Positions 25,910 through 40,329 of a stretch of 64,000 bases of DNA are shown here, piece after piece (position 1 is the stretch's first letter; every line of letters starts with the position of its first letter). Source of the DNA: Negaprion brevirostris (lineage: Eukaryota); assembly GCA_030324005.1 (NCBI GenBank), contig JARDVH010000193.1:85121384-85185383 (forward strand), read 5' to 3'. The translations under genes and the position numbers were made by a program. The notes beneath the pieces were generated by a model. That model was not told the origin of the DNA. It saw nothing but the letters and a program-made list of their open reading frames with translations, and ran no database searches.

Positions 25910-28900
25910 AGAAGTTTTGCAGGAGTATTGTGTGCTGTTCTGGAATCTGCATTATAGGAGGAATGTGATAGCATTGGAAATGGCGTAGAGAGGAGATTTA
26001 CAGAATGTTTCTTGGACTGGTGGTCTTTTATAATGAAGAGAGATTGAATAGAATGGGATTGTTTACATTGGAGCAGAGGAGACTGAGGGGAGACATGATT
26101 GAGATATATAAAATTATGAGGGGCATAGCTAAAGCAGATTGGAAGAAACATGTCCCCTCGATGGAGGGATCAATGACCAGGTGATATTGATTTAAGTAAG
26201 GGGCAGGAGGTTTAGAGGGGATGCGAGGAAAAACCTTTTCACGCAGTGGGTGGTGGAAGTCTGGAACTCACTACCTGGAAGGGGGGTGGAGGCAGAGACC
26301 GTCACAACATTTAAGAATTACTTAAATGTGTACTTGTGATGCCAAGGCATGTAAGGCCAAGTTCTGGAAAATGCGATTAGAATAGTTGGTGATTTGTTTT
26401 TGACGAGCACAGACGCAATGGGTTGAAGGGTCTTTTTTTAATGCTCTCAAACTCTGTTTCTAATTGTCCATGACTTTGATAAGACCTCACCTGGGGTACT
26501 TTGCAAAGTTTTGGTCTCCATATCTGAGAAAGGATATACTCGACTTCGAGGCTTTCAACAAAGGTTCACTGGATTAGTCCTTGAGGTGAGAGGGTTGGGG
26601 AGGTGATGGCCTATGGTATTATTGCTGGACTACTAATGCAGAAACTCAGCTAATGTTCTGGAGACCTGGGTTTCAATCCCGCCATGGCAGCTGGTGGAAC
26701 TTGAATTCAATAAAAAAAAATCTGGAATTAAGCATCTACTGACGGCCATGAAACCATTGTTGATTTTCAGAAAAACCTATCTGGTTCATTAATGTCCTTT
26801 AGGTAAGGAAATCTGCTATCCTTACCTGGTTTGGCCTACATGTGGCTCAAGCCACAGCAGTGTGGTTGATTCTCAACTGTTCTTCCAAGGGCAACTAGGG
26901 ATGGGCAATAAATGCTGACCATCCAGCAACGCCCATGTCCCATGGATGAATAAAAAACAGTGAAGAGAATATAAGTAAACTGGGCCCATATTCTCTGAAT
27001 TTAGAAGAATGAGAGGTAGTCTCATTGAAACATACAAGATTCTGAAGGAGTTCAACAGGGTTGACACTGGTAAGTTGTTTCTCCTGACTGGGAAATCTAG
27101 AGCATACTGTAAAGCTTCAAGATAGAAATCAATAATTTAGGATTGAAACAATAAGAAATTCTTCACTCAAGAGGGTTGAGATTCTTTGGAATTGCCTGCT
27201 CTAGAGGACTACGATGGTCTGTTATTGAGTATATTCAAGGCTGAGTTCCATAGATTTTTGATTTCTCTGGGAATTGAGGAATATGGTTACAGGGAAGGAA
27301 GGCTAGCTCAGGTAGACGATCAGCCAAAATCATATTGAACAGAGCAAACTCAAAGGCCCAAATACTCAACTATTGCTTTTTTTGTGTACTAATTCAACAA
27401 GATCATGACTAATCTCCTCTCTCAACTCCATCTTCCAGTATCTCTTAATTGCCTTTGCACCTAAAAATTCATTGACTTTTGTCTTGGATAAAGTCAATAA
27501 TTGAGCATCATCAGCTCTTTCGAAAGATTCGCAATCCTTTGGGTGAAGAAACTTCTCTGCATATCAGTCCTAAATGACAAACACCTTTTTCTGAGACTGG
27601 AACTGTATGTTCTGCATCCCCCAGTTGGGGGAATATTTTCTCAGCATCTATTCTAGAATTATATACAACCGATCTTTCAACTGGATAACCTCCCATTTTT
27701 TGCAACTCCAGGGAATATTAGACTATGTTACTCAATGTTTCCCCAAAAGACAATCTCCTCATCTCTGAGCCAGCCTATGGATTTTTGCTATGCTCCCTCT
27801 AGGCAAGCATTATCCTTTTTGGATAAGGAGATCAAAGCTAGTGAGGCCTCACTAACACCCTGTTATGATTGTGGCAAACCTTGTGTTTTCATACTTCAAT
27901 CCCTTTGTAACAAAAACAACAATTTGTCCTGAATGCCTCTCGTACCTGCATGTACCTTTGTGATTTAGTACAAAGATATCCAAGTTCCTTCAGAATGCAA
28001 ACTAGCATTCAAAACATTCCTTCTGCCAAAGTGGATATTTCACACATTACTGCTCTGCATACTATGTGCCATATCCTTGCCTGCTCACCCGACCTGTCTA
28101 CATTGTTCTGCAATCTGTTCAATTTGCGTTCACAGCTTACTTTCTGAGTTAACCTTGTAATGTCTGCAAAGAGGACTACACTTAGTCCTCTCATCTAAGT
28201 CATTAACATAGTGTATAAATAGCTGAGGCCCAAGCAGAGGTCCTCCTGGTACAAAATATGTTCCATTTTTTCCTGCTTTGCTTTTTGTCCATTAAACAAA
28301 CCTCAATCCATGCTAATGTTTTATCTTAATCCCAAAAGTCCTAGATTGTGTAATAATCTCATGTGTAGCATCGTATTGAATGTTTTGAAATTACAAATAC
28401 ACTATTTCCATTGGTTCACCTGTCTACATTTTACTCATGACATGCCCATGAAACTCTACCAGATCAATCTAACATGATTTTCCATTTATAAATAAGATGT
28501 CACATCTAACTAAATAAGAGAACAGGTCCAAACAAAAAGTTCATTTTTATCATGGATAGAGGATTGTTCAGCCAACAAGAAACAGAGAGCAGGCATAAGT
28601 GCATTATTTTACACTGGGAATGAATGGATGAAGGGATTGAATGCATGGTTGCTAAATTTGCAGGATAGCTGCGAGAGAAGAAGAGGGCATAAGGAGACTG
28701 CCGCAAGACATTGGTGGGTAAGTTGAGTGGGAAAAAAAATGGCATGTGGAATATGATGTGGAAAATCGGGGACAGGAAGAAAAGCAACACACTATTTAAC
28801 TAGAGAGGATTTGCTGAACTTCGCAATACGGAGCAATCTGGGTGTCCTGGTTCATGAAACACAAGTAGTATGCGAGCACAAGTGATAAGGAAAGCAAATG

Positions 28901-29130
28901 TAATGTTATTGTTTATTGCAAGGGAAATTGAATATAAAAGTAAGGAAGTTTTGCTATAGTTGTGCAGAGTATTAGTGAAACCACATCTGAAGTACTATGT
29001 ACAATGTTTGTACCCCTTATATAAGGGGTTAGAAGCTCAACGAAGGTTCACTGGGCTGATTCCAGGAATGAAGGGGTTATCATATGAGGAAAGTCTAGGC
29101 TGGTATTTATTGGAGTTCAGAGGAATGAGA
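25910..29130. mobile_element. Cluster of CR1/HER1 LINE fragments in both orientations
   Basis: Repeated CR1 RT 3' motifs (RLRGDMIEIYKIMRG, LVKPHLKYYVQ, LFADITRL); the 26475-27380 copy is split by a SINE. Confidence 0.8.
26597..26958 (+). mobile_element. Shark SINE with tRNA-like head and atgaataaaaaa tail (family B), copy 1
   Basis: About 360 bp, closely similar to copies at 35497 and 47372; B-box-like gggtttcaatccc. Confidence 0.8.
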
Positions 29131-29222
29131 GAAGTGGAATTAATGTTTCACGTCAATAATCTATCATCAGACCGTAAGGTTACTGACCAGAAGTGTTAAT
29201 TCAGCTTCCCTCACTCAAGATG

Positions 29223-29578
29223 TAGCATAGAAAAGAGGTAGAGAATCTGATGAAATGGTGTGATGATAATAACCTCCCACTCAATGTCAGTAAAATGAAG
29301 GAACTAGTCACCGACTTCAGGAAACACAGTGGAGGACATGCCCTCGTCTATATCAATGCTGATGAAGTGGAGATAGTTGACAGCTTCAAATTTCTAGGTT
29401 TCAGATCACCAATAATCTTTCTTGGTCCCTTCATGCCGACACTATAATTAAGAAAGCCCACCAAGCCTCTACTTGAGGCAGAAGCCTGAGGAAATTTGGC
29501 ATGTCCACTACGGCACTCACCAATCTTTGCTGTTGCACCATAGAGAGTATCATTTCTGGAAGTATCACAACTTGGTAT
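29223..29578 (+). mobile_element. Internal Rex/Babar RT fragment (near-duplicate of 31844-32202)
   Basis: KWCDDNNLPLNVSKMKELVTDFRK...VDSFKFLG. Confidence 0.8.
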
Positions 29579-30237
29579 CTGACCTGCTGCGTATTTCCAG
29601 CATTTTTTCAGATTTCCAACATTAGGAGTTTTTTGCTTTATTATTTTTGTACTGTTAGTCAAGTGATGAACGTCAACGAAGTTACTGGAATGACTGCCCT
29701 GCTCTCCAAATAGTACTGGAAGCTTGTACATCTTAACAGGTAACCAAGACATCAGCAAAACATGAAATCTATACATTGTGCATCTTCTTTACGGGTTTAT
29801 AGATGAGAGTGAGCTATTCTTCATTGTCAAAAGCCAAGAGAATGGTACTGGGCAGAAAAAAATGTACAAATTCAAACTTGATCATTTTTGACTATTAAAT
29901 ACTTACACCCTGCAGCAGGTTAAAACTTAACCAGAGAACATCATCTGGTCAGCATGTCTGGGTATAAACCTGAGATCAGAACATAGGCAAGCCATTGGAG
30001 AGATCTTGTCTGATGTTAATTTGCATCTTAGGATATCCTTCAATCTGTCAGGTCTGTGCACAGTGACCAAAACTGAACCGTACGGTGAGGGGAGTTATAT
30101 CAAAACTTGTGTAGAAGCAGTGAATTAGAATCAATAATGCTGTCATTTTGAAAAAGATATGAAAATTATAACTTGGTTTTAAATTTATCAATATGTGAGC
30201 AATAGGATATCCCATTTACTGTATTCTAGTTCTGTAC

Positions 30238-30323
30238 CTGAGAGCTGTGAACAGCTGACTACAATCTTGGGAGAAGTCACATAAATACTCAAATGCCCTT
30301 CTGGCAGCATCTTCCTGATCATT
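30238..30323 (-). CDS. TEX11: TEX11 coding exon 9 in window: NDQEDAARRAFEYLCDFSQDCSQLFTAL(R)
   Basis: 86 nt, TAG/GTACA, phase 0->2; resembles human [29 protein letters not shown]. Confidence 0.9.
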
Positions 30324-30870
30324 CTAAAATATGCATACATAAGACTACAAGAATTAGATTATCAATGATATTTAAAAGCTGAACCACTAGATTACACATT
30401 TAGACAATTACAAAATAAAACATCATTTAATTACAAACACTTACTACAAATCGTTCTATAGTTTTTTTTTATTTCCAATGGTCCATTTTAACAGTAACTT
30501 TAACAGATAGATAACATTTTGCTGAATACAATTAACACTTCAAAAAGAATAAACATTCAATCTTATCTTATTTGTTCAATGTATATAAACAATACGGATC
30601 GCACATGTCAATGTAAGGCTATCTTGGAACAGTGCAGCATCTTGTCCTGAACTATTAGATTAATACAGAGCTGCACAGTGAGAACACACATGCTTCCCCA
30701 GCCATGTGGATAGCGAGGACCCCTTCAGATCTTGGACCGTAAAGTGAATGGCAGAAAAAGAATGGCTTCTAACTTTACCTACCTAGTGATTCCAGTCTTG
30801 CTAGATAAAACAGGGACATCCACTGCACACTGGAGTCTAAGTCAGGTGACCCTGACTTACTCAAGACATC

Positions 30871-32595
30871 CAGATATGATCTACAGAGAACCATCAGAGA
30901 TGCTGAGAGACAACACCGGACCAAGCTAGAGTCTCAGGCTAGCCAAACGAACACCCATCCATTGTGGCAAGGTCTACAAGACATAACAGGCTACAAGGTG
31001 AAGACAAGTAGAATTGCCAGCAACAATGCACCTCTCCTGAATGAGCTCAGAACATTCTACGCTCGTTTTGAGCAGGTCAGTGAGAGGTCGTCATCTGACT
31101 TGACAACCTCGGTCGAACCAGTATCCAAGGTCATTATTGCAGTCTTCAGATCAGTCTTCTTGAAAGTTAACCCACAGAAAGCGAATGATCTGAATGGAGT
31201 CCCAGACGAGTATTCAAATCTTGCGTGGGGGTATCCGGACATCTTTAGTCTCCCCTTACTCCGATCTGAAGTTCCTACCTGCTTTAAGAAGATGACCATC
31301 ATCTATGTGTCAAAAAAAAAAGCCAGGCAGCATGCCTTAATGATTACTTCCTAGTGGCTCTGACATCCAACATTATGAAGTGCTGCAAAAGACTAGTTAC
31401 TGCAGACACAAACTCTGGTCTACCAGACTGCCTGGATTCACCAGATTTCATCTATTGCCTCGACAGATCCACAGCAGATGCCATCTCCCTGGCCCTACAC
31501 TCAACCCTGGAACACCTGGATAACAAGGACACTTACATCAGGCTCCTACTTATTGACTACAGCTCAGCCTCCAGCACCATTATTCCAACAAAACTTACCT
31601 CCAAATACCACGGCCAAGGGCTCTGCTCCTCTCTGCAACTGGATGCTAAACTTCCTAACTCATAGGAACGACATCTCCTCCACGATTATCCTCAACACCA
31701 GTACCCAACAAGGCTGTGTCCTTGGCCCCTTACTCTATTCCTTATACACCTATGACTACGTTGCCAAATTCCGCTCCAACTCCATTTTCAAGTTTGCTGA
31801 TGGCACCATTGTACTGGGTTGGATCTCATTTGATGACAAGACATAGCACAGGAAAGAGGTCGAGAATCTGGTGAAATGGTGTGTGATGGTGGAGTGATAA
31901 CCTCCCAATGTCAGTAAAATGAAGGAACTAGTCATCGCCTTCAGGAAACATAGTGGAGGACATGCCCTTATCTATATCAATGCTGATAAAGTGGAGATGG
32001 CTGACAGCTTCAAATTGCTAGGTATTCAGATCACCAACAATCTGTCTTGGTCCCTCTATGCTGACACTATAGTTAAGAAAGCCCACCAAGCCTCTACTTT
32101 CGCAGAAGACTGAGGAAATTTGGCATGTCCACGAGGGCACTCACCAATTTTTGCTGTTGCACCATAGAGAGAATCCTTTCTGTAAGTATTGCAGCTTGTT
32201 ATGGCTCTTGCTCTGACCAAGACTGCAAGAAACTACAAAGGGTTGTGAACAGAGACCAGTCCATCATATAAACCAGCCTCCCATCCATTGACTCCCTCGG
32301 GAAAGCAGCCAGCATAATCAAGGACCCCACATATCCCAGACATAATCTCTTCCACCTTCTTCTGTTGGAAAGATACAAAAGTCTAAAAACACTTGCCAAT
32401 AAACTCAACAACTTCTTCCCTGTTGTCATCAAACTTTTGAACTATCCTATCATATATTAAATTGATCTTTCTCTCATCCTATCTGTAACTGCAACACTAT
32501 ATTCTGCACCCCATCCTTTCCTTCTCCCATGTACTCTATGAACAATATGTTTTGTCTGTATAGCCAATACATGTTACAATAATAAATCAAATTAA
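30871..32595 (+). mobile_element. Rex1/Babar non-LTR retrotransposon, 5'-truncated, decayed RT
   Basis: WQGLQDITGYK, RSTADAISLALHSTLEHLDNKDTYIRLLLIDYSSA, QQGCVLGPLLYSLYT, FKFADG; 3' tail aataaatcaaat. Confidence 0.88.
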
Positions 32596-33944
32596 AATAT
32601 ATAAGAATCATACTTTAGAAAACAACCTACACCTGGAACTCCCCTCTTTGGGATAAAGATCCAGCCAAGTAGGAGATTAATCTGCCCATTCGAATTTTCC
32701 CCATCCTGAACCTATTTACCTGGCTTAGGATATTTGTGTGAAATTTACAGGGGGAAATGGTTAAGAACTGGAGAGGGTACAAGAGCTCTATATCCTATTG
32801 CATGAGTAAGAGCAGTTTGTTTGAAAAGGCAGATATGTTCTCCTGTGGAAGGCATGGCACTACAATCTTATCACCATTGCTGTTCCAGCCCTTCAGCTTT
32901 TGGTCTCCCTTGCACATCCTCCTGACGGTAAAGGAGAGTCAGACTTGGTCGTACTCCACTTCTTCATTGGCATTTTGTTTCCTGGCATTTTATGACATCT
33001 CCTCCTTGGTGTACAGGTAGTGTAAAAACCAGATTGAATTAGAAAAACATGTGTGGGTGATGGTGTTTCATGCAAGTTTAAGAACATTACAACAGCCCTT
33101 TGAGGAGATGTGCAGGTAATCTCATGATGGGAGGCAGGTGGCAGGTTGGAGGGAAGTGATGCTGATTTTTACGGGCACTCAGTTCAACGTTTGTTTTAAA
33201 CTGTATTGCTAAGAATATTTTTGAAGAGATCACACAGAGTGGGACTGTCGAGGTTTGCCTTGTCAAGCCTCTAAGTAAGCAAACTTGTAAACTCTCCAGC
33301 CATTCAGGGCTTTATGGAGATGCTAATAACCACCACTGATATCTCCAACGCAGACACCAATTTCATTGATCTCATCCCATCTTTACCACATGCCTGATTT
33401 TCTTCTCCAGAAAATAATTTTAGAAACAAGTATTGCTAAGGTTACAGGCTTCAACAACTTCACTCACTCAACACAATGGTAGCAACATTCAACACTGGAA
33501 GAATACAATGCTGGGAGCATGAATGCTATCATTCTAAGAGATTACAGCAGGGCTCTTGCAGCTCTCTAGAGTGGAATCTCAGCGAACCTGCAAGCCCCTT
33601 TGGGCATTAGTACCCACAACCATGATGGCCTCAGTCTGAGCTTCTATTGCAGTATTCAGATGTTGGGTGGCTTCTGTCTATGCTGCAATGGAAGCTGAGA
33701 CATCAGCCATTAGATGTTGTATCAAGGTTGGGTCTGTAAGTACTTTCATGGAGTAAAACGCCATTTATATGCTGGAAAGAATGAGCTCCAACTTCGGCAT
33801 AAAGTCCTGTGACAATCTGGAAGTTGGAGTACTCCACACTCCTTGAATGTCAACAGGCTATCTATCAGCCTCCCAATGCACTAAACATTTTATCTGCTCA
33901 CCCATTAGCCATTTCCTGGACTGCACTCCTCATCCAAGTTCTAG

Positions 33945-34205
33945 ATTATAGATTCACAGACGTTTACAGCTTAAGGAGGTTATTTGGCCCATCGTTCCGG
34001 TCAACAAAGATCTGACTATATTAATCTCATTTTCCAGCACTGGGCCCATAGCCCTGGCAGTTACAGCAGCTCAAGTGAATATCTAAATACTTGTTAAACG
34101 TTGTTAGAGTTTCTGACTCAACCACCCCTTCAGGAAGTGTGTTCCAGACTTCCAACACCGAATGAAAAGATTTGTCCTGAACTTTCCTCTTGGCATAAAC
34201 TGGTG
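33945..34205 (-). mobile_element. CR1 3' end fragment
   Basis: WNTLPEGVVESETLTTFNKYLDIHL...QGYGPSAGK in ORF 34027..34329. Confidence 0.8.
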
Positions 34206-35496
34206 CACATCTGTTCCTTTCCCCTGAACTTGTTAAAAGTACACTCTTGCCCAATGAAACATCCCGTGCAGTATGTGCCTCTTTATTACCCTCTATGTAT
34301 ACTGTGCCTGTTTGAGCTAGTGCCTGCAACTGTCAGATCAAATGTCAGTCTCCCAGTTGACTTAATCCTCAGACAATACTGGCTGTCAGAAAGGAGTCTT
34401 GGTTTTTAAAAGCACAAATGCACAATGGGCGCTTAGGGTGAGGAAAGCAAGGCATGCATGGTTCCACTCTCTGCAGGACGTCCCACCAAATTGCAGACTG
34501 AGAATGAAGTGGAATTTGAGAAGCTGCACAAGGGAGGAACATAGTTATTCTGGGTGACTTTAATTGCTACAGCACCAATAATCCCAAGCACTATTTCCAA
34601 CAAGAAAAGGACAAGCAGACATACCTGTTCCTGCCAAATCTATGCTGCTGCCTCCTGTTGTCTGAGCTTGTCCTCCAAAGGAAGGGAAAGACCATCAATG
34701 AGCATGTTGCAAAGTGTTTTGGTGATGTGTCTGTCATAGCAGTAAGTGTGAAAGTGTGGGAAAGCCATGAGCATGTAAAGATTGAAGCAGTGTTAAGTGT
34801 GTGGGAATGTGGTGTAGCCCATCAATGTCAAGCAGGAGTCCTGATTGCTAGGGATTGTTAGTGTTATGATTAATGGTAGGAGTGTGGAATATTGAAAAGG
34901 GTGTGAGGTTGATGATTCCATTGGTAACAGATGGCAGCTTAAGACACATTCATTGAACTNNNNNNNNNNGCATCTAAATTCTCTGCACCAGATTCCTAGC
35001 ATTGACCTGTACAGCTATCTGCTCCAACTGTATTTGCAAAACATCTCTGGAGGGCCTCCCTTCCCCCATTGGAAAGATGGCCTCTGTCCTTTTATTCCCT
35101 GTCCTGCACTGAGTTGAGAACCTTGGAGCTCTCTCTCAAGCTCACTGCTTCATTGTTTTGGATTCTTCCTACTCAAACTCTCTTTCCCAACACTTCCACT
35201 ACCTGTCACAGCCAGCATGCACTTCCCTTTAAGAGGTGCAGCCTAGTTTTAAGAAATGGAAGTTAGCATTAACTTGTGCCAGTCTTGTATGAATCTGGGC
35301 CCCATGTTGAGTGCAGCCACTGAATAGTACATCTTATTTATGGCTGCATACTACAATTGTGGCAATGACAGCTGATACCACATATTTTGCCTGCAAACTT
35401 TCCAAAAAAATGTGGTAATAGAGCATCACAATCCCAGTGTCTACTACTGCCCTTATTAATTTCTAACCCTCCCATCAATTAATCAATCAATTCATG

Positions 35497-35884
35497 GGGA
35501 AGGCAGTAGCATAGTGACATTATCACTGGACTATTAATCCAGAGACCCAGGATAATCTTCTGGGGTCCTTGATTTGAATCCCACAACAGCAGATGATGAA
35601 ATCTGAATTAATTAAAAAATCTGGTATTAAAAATTTAAGGATGACCATGAAACCACTATCGATTGTCATAAAAACCCATCTCGTTCACTAATGCCCTTCG
35701 GGGAAGGAAATCTGCCATCCTTAGCCGGTCTGGCCTATATGCAACTCCAGGCACATAGCAAAGTGGTTGACTTTTAACTGCCCTCTGAAATGGTCTAGCA
35801 CGCCACTCAGTGAAAGGACAATTATGGATGGGTTATAAATGCTGGCTCAGCCAGAGACGCCCACATTCCATGCAAGAATAAAAT
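35497..35884 (+). mobile_element. Shark SINE family B, copy 2
   Basis: Homologous to 26597-26958. Confidence 0.8.
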
Positions 35885-36072
35885 ATTTCAGTTTCCAAAC
35901 ACTGATATTAACTGACTCAAATACAACTGTTGCTGACATTGATAGATTAATTATTATCGTCAAATCACAAGTTATCTTGCAATTGAAAACATTTCCTACT
36001 GGCTAAAACTATTGGAAAGAAATCTTCTAAATTAACAACTATCTGAACCTCCAAAAATTTTATTTTTTTTAC

Positions 36073-36197
36073 CTCCAGAGCAATATGTGCAGCGACACTC
36101 AAAAAGTCAGTAACTGGGATTCCACTGGTTAACATCTTATCATCACACTTAACAGATTTCTCTGTGAGCTTTCCTATGGTTTGAATTGCCTGAACAG
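36073..36197 (-). CDS. TEX11: TEX11 coding exon 8 in window: (A)VQAIQTIGKLTEKSVKCDDKMLTSGIPVTDFLSVAAHIALE
   Basis: 125 nt, CAG/GTAAA, phase 1->0; ends like human LLSLAAQFALE. Confidence 0.92.
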
Positions 36198-36708
36198 CTG
36201 AAAGAAAAGCCAAAGGAAATAAATCTTTCGACAATATTTTGTAACCAGCACATTGAAATAATTCAACTTTATTCAATATGGGATATACATTTAACTTTTT
36301 ACAGGATTATCAGGAAGGATGTAATAAAATGATATTGTTAATTTTACATTTACATTATTACATAGTACTTCAGATTTAAAACATAGCAGCAAAATTGAAT
36401 AAGAATTCAGGCTCTTTTGTTAACATTTAATTGTGTTTTTCTCTCTCTACCATTTTTCCTTTAATTTCCCCCAAATTTCCTTCAAACCACACTATCCAAT
36501 CATGAATTGAAAATCGAACTTCCTCTCAGCCCCAAGCTTTCAGTGGAAGGTTGACTTACCATATGATTTCTCAAAGCAATAAATAAGGTAGTCTCTACAT
36601 TGCCAGAGAATTGCAGTCTGTTAGTAGTATTATAATCTCTATAGAAAATGCACACTTGACAGTTGAACAGATCTGTTAATATGCAACAGTTAGCAGGGCA
36701 GCATCTAC

Positions 36709-36811
36709 CTTTTTGTATATCACTTTCCAAAATAGCAATTTTGTAGAGACTGAAGTGGGTGAAGATATTATCTGGGTCAATTCGTTCTGCTTCTTTTATA
36801 GCCTCTTTTGC
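36709..36811 (-). CDS. TEX11: TEX11 coding exon 7 in window: AKEAIKEAERIDPDNIFTHFSLYKIAILESDIQK
   Basis: 103 nt, CAG/GTAGA, phase 0->1; within ORF 36500..36841; resembles human [30 protein letters not shown]. Confidence 0.94.
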
Positions 36812-37689
36812 CTGGATACAAAAAAATTGAGGAAGGTACAATGCAATTTAAACCAGCTTCATCACTCTTGTTAATTCCTATAAAAAAATTAGCTTTAAGA
36901 TGGTTTATCACAANNNNNNNNNNNNNNNNNNNNNNNNNNNNNNNNNNNNNNNNNNNNNNNNNNNNNNNNNNNNNNNNNNNNNNNNNNNNNNNNNNNNNNN
37001 NNNNNNNNNNNNNAAAAAATTAGCTTTAAGATGGTTTATCACAATAATTTCACACTCTGCATAGATGCATCATTGCTTGAAAGGCATTAAGACTCAGATG
37101 TTGTTCATTTATTTAGAAACTGTTTACTGATAGACTTTTTATATTCAAATAATGTTCTCAATGACAGACACATGGTATTGCAACATAGATGGCACAAAAT
37201 AAAGAATCTGATGAGGAAAGCTAAAAAAAAGAGAGTTACTTAGATTCAATGCAAGTAAACAAAAGGTATAATGGAGCAGTTAATTTAATTAAAAATAGAC
37301 ATATGCCAAGAATCTGATAAGATTCTGCCCTAAAAGAAATACGTGAGAAACCTATTGATCTTCCAAACTTCTCAATTCAGGAATTGCCCTCTTGGATTGG
37401 AAAATTAATCAATCAACGATTTTAGTGTCAGTTGTGAGGAAGTTAGTAGAATTTGTCATCGAGACAGTGACTGAGCATTTGACAATTGGCAAACAGGTCA
37501 CCTTGGCTTATTGCCAGGCAGAACTAGGAAGCAGTCACATGCTCCCTTTTATATTTAGTTAAAAGATTCAGCTTAAAACATAATCATCTTATGAAACTTC
37601 TCACTTGTAGCAACACTTGAAGTGAGTGTGTTCACAGACCCTAACTACTAGGTAAGTTTTTCTTCATCTTGTCTTTTGTATTTTCTTCA

Positions 37690-38940
37690 TTCATCTTAAA
37701 TTGGTGTCTTTTGGTTCTTGATTCTTGCACCAATTGTTGCAGTTTCTATCTACTCTGTCCAGACTCCCTCATGATTTTGAATACCTCTAACAATCGTTCT
37801 TAAGTGGCATCCCCCATATTTTGAAATTGTGCCCCTATACTAGACTCTCCAACCAAGGCATACTTCTCAACTGCATTTACCATCTATTCCTTTAGGTATT
37901 TTGTAGCTCACAATGAAATGACCTTAATTTTTTTGAAACTCGTGAACACACACTGGTCTAATTTGCACAATCTCCCTCCATAAGGCATTCCTGCCATCCC
38001 CGGAACAAGTCCAATGAATCTTTGTTGCACTCCCTCTATGGTAATAATATCCTTTCTGAAGTAAGGGGATCAAAATTGCACACATGAATGGTCAAACCAA
38101 GTTTCTATTTAAAATAAAATCTTATTTATGTAATGAAGTTCTTCAAATCTGGAACCAATCTTGTGAATATTTTCTGTACCCTCTCTAGTGTCTTTACATC
38201 CTTCCTAAAGCATGGTGTCCAGAACTGGATGCGATATTCCAGTTGATGCCAAATCAGTGCTTTATGCAGGTTCATCAGAACTTCCCTGCTTTTGTATTCG
38301 ATGACCCTATTGATAAAGACCAGATACATTTTTTTAACTACTCTCTCAATCTGTTCTGCAACTTTCAATGATTTGAACACACCCTGTGTCTTCTGCTCCT
38401 GTATCTCCTTTACAATTGTACCCTATATTTTATATTACCCCTTTTCGTATTTTGTACCGAAAGAATCATTTCATGCNNNNNNNNNNNNNNNNNNNNNNNN
38501 NNNNNNNNNNNNNNNNNNNNNNNNNNNNNNNNNNNNNNNNNNNNNNNNNNNNNNNNNNNNNNNNNNNNNNNNNNNNTTTCATGCTTTTCTGCATTAAATT
38601 TCATCTGCCACTTGCTCACCCATTCCAAGCAGCATGTCTACACCATCCTTCTCATAGTTCACAATACTTACAAGTTTCATGTTATCTGCAAATTGTGTCC
38701 TGTATGTCAAAGCCTTGGTCATTAACACATATCAAAGTATAGGGATCCTAAAATTGGCTCCTGGGGAACCCCACTATATTCATTCCTTCATCTGAAAAAC
38801 AACCAGTCAATCATTATTCTTTACTGCCACTTAGTCCATTTCATATAATGTTGCACTGTCTCTTTTATTCCCTGTGCTCTTCTGTGCAGAGCTTTATCAA
38901 ATGCCTTCTGAAAATCCAGGTGCATCAACTACAGTACCCT
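37690..38940 (-). mobile_element. CR1 LINE fragments
   Basis: WVSKWQMKFNAEK; IEYKSREVLMNLHKALIWHQLEYRIQFWTP. Confidence 0.8.
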
Positions 38941-39915
38941 CATTAATTCTCTTTCGTTACCTCATCAAAAAGTACAACCGGACTAATTACACGGGCTTGT
39001 GCCACAGCTACCTCCCTCCATACCATTTTTTTTGGGTATCTCTTACAGTCATCCAAGTCCTTCTCTTCGTTGCTATATTTTATCTGCAGAGTCTGAAAAC
39101 TTGATTCAATGGAAGCTTTGGGCACTACGCTATCTAGTTGTCTATCACATTTCTCTTAATAAAGAATTTAAAATCTCAGTGAAAAATCTGAAGTCATCGT
39201 TATGACTTATTTAGTCTTGCAGGTGGTTAACCAGTTATCCTCTGTTCCCCTGCTACTAAATTGCTCACACAAGTTATGAAGAAAACATGGAATTTCCTCC
39301 CAAAAAATGTGGTGAATAATAAATCAACTTGAAGTTTCAAGGTGTAATCAATCATTTTCCTTTGATAAAGCCACTAAGATATTAAGAAAAAGCAGTAAAT
39401 TGAGTTTATGTACAGAGTAGCTGATTTAATAACAGAACCAATTTGCAAGAAAGGTGGGGGTGAGGCTGAATAATCCACTTGTTCTGTTTAAAGTAAGTGC
39501 TGATGTTTACAGGATGGATCTTAAGGTTACCTCTCCTCACACAATATGGAAATCGTTTTATATGCAATTCTGCTTTATCAACACCAGTCAGTATGCAAAT
39601 TAATTGATCTTGTAAACTGAAGCAGCAGTGTTGGACTGGGTTGACAGTGGTTAAACACTACACCAAAAGCAATTATTTTGGACAACTATATGTGTGTAAT
39701 TTTAGGATCCAGGTATTCATCTTAAATTTAGTGTTGTTTGCCTGCATCTTACTGTATAATTTGGGTCTTTAAAAAAGTGTAATATAAAAATCTAGTGGAT
39801 AAATAAATGTAATACAAAAGGCCACTGATTCATGGCAAAAAGAATTTCATGTAATTCAATCTCTGAAGCATCAGTAAAAATTCCAAAATCTTCTAACAAC
39901 AATGAAATTTAATTT

Positions 39916-40190
39916 ACATGCAAATTAGCAGGCCATTTGTGTCTGCTCCATCATTTAATAAGACCATTGCTGATCTGATTGTGGCCTTAATTCTGCATTC
40001 CTGCCGAGCCCCTACGTTGAATTCTTGGTTCTCGTCATACTTCCCCTGCCTTAAAAGTATTAAATAATCTGTCTCCACCATCCTGAGAAAGACAGAGTTC
40101 CAAAGACTTACAAACCTCAGAGAAAGAAATTCCTTCAACTTTGTCTTAAATGGACAACTTTCTTTAAAAATATGTGGTCCCCAGTTCTAC
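39916..40190 (-). mobile_element. CR1 3' fragment, left half (continues at 46138-46295)
   Basis: FLSLRFVSLWNS...; sequence resumes collinearly at 46138 (cccctagttct...cctttcctcataagataac). Confidence 0.65.
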
Positions 40191-40329
40191 AGCCAACATG
40201 TCGAGTTAGGATGACCTTGACTCAAAACACTGGCTCTATTCTCTCTCCACAAATGCTGTCAAAGACTGCTGAGATTTTTCTATTTTGTTTCAGATTCTAG
40301 CATCTGCAGTAATTTGCTTTTATTTTTCC

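Noticed and set aside
36884-37045. Direct repeat aaaaaattagctttaagatggtttatcacaa on both sides of a 100-N gap
   Set aside because: Typical unmerged contig overlap (assembly artefact).
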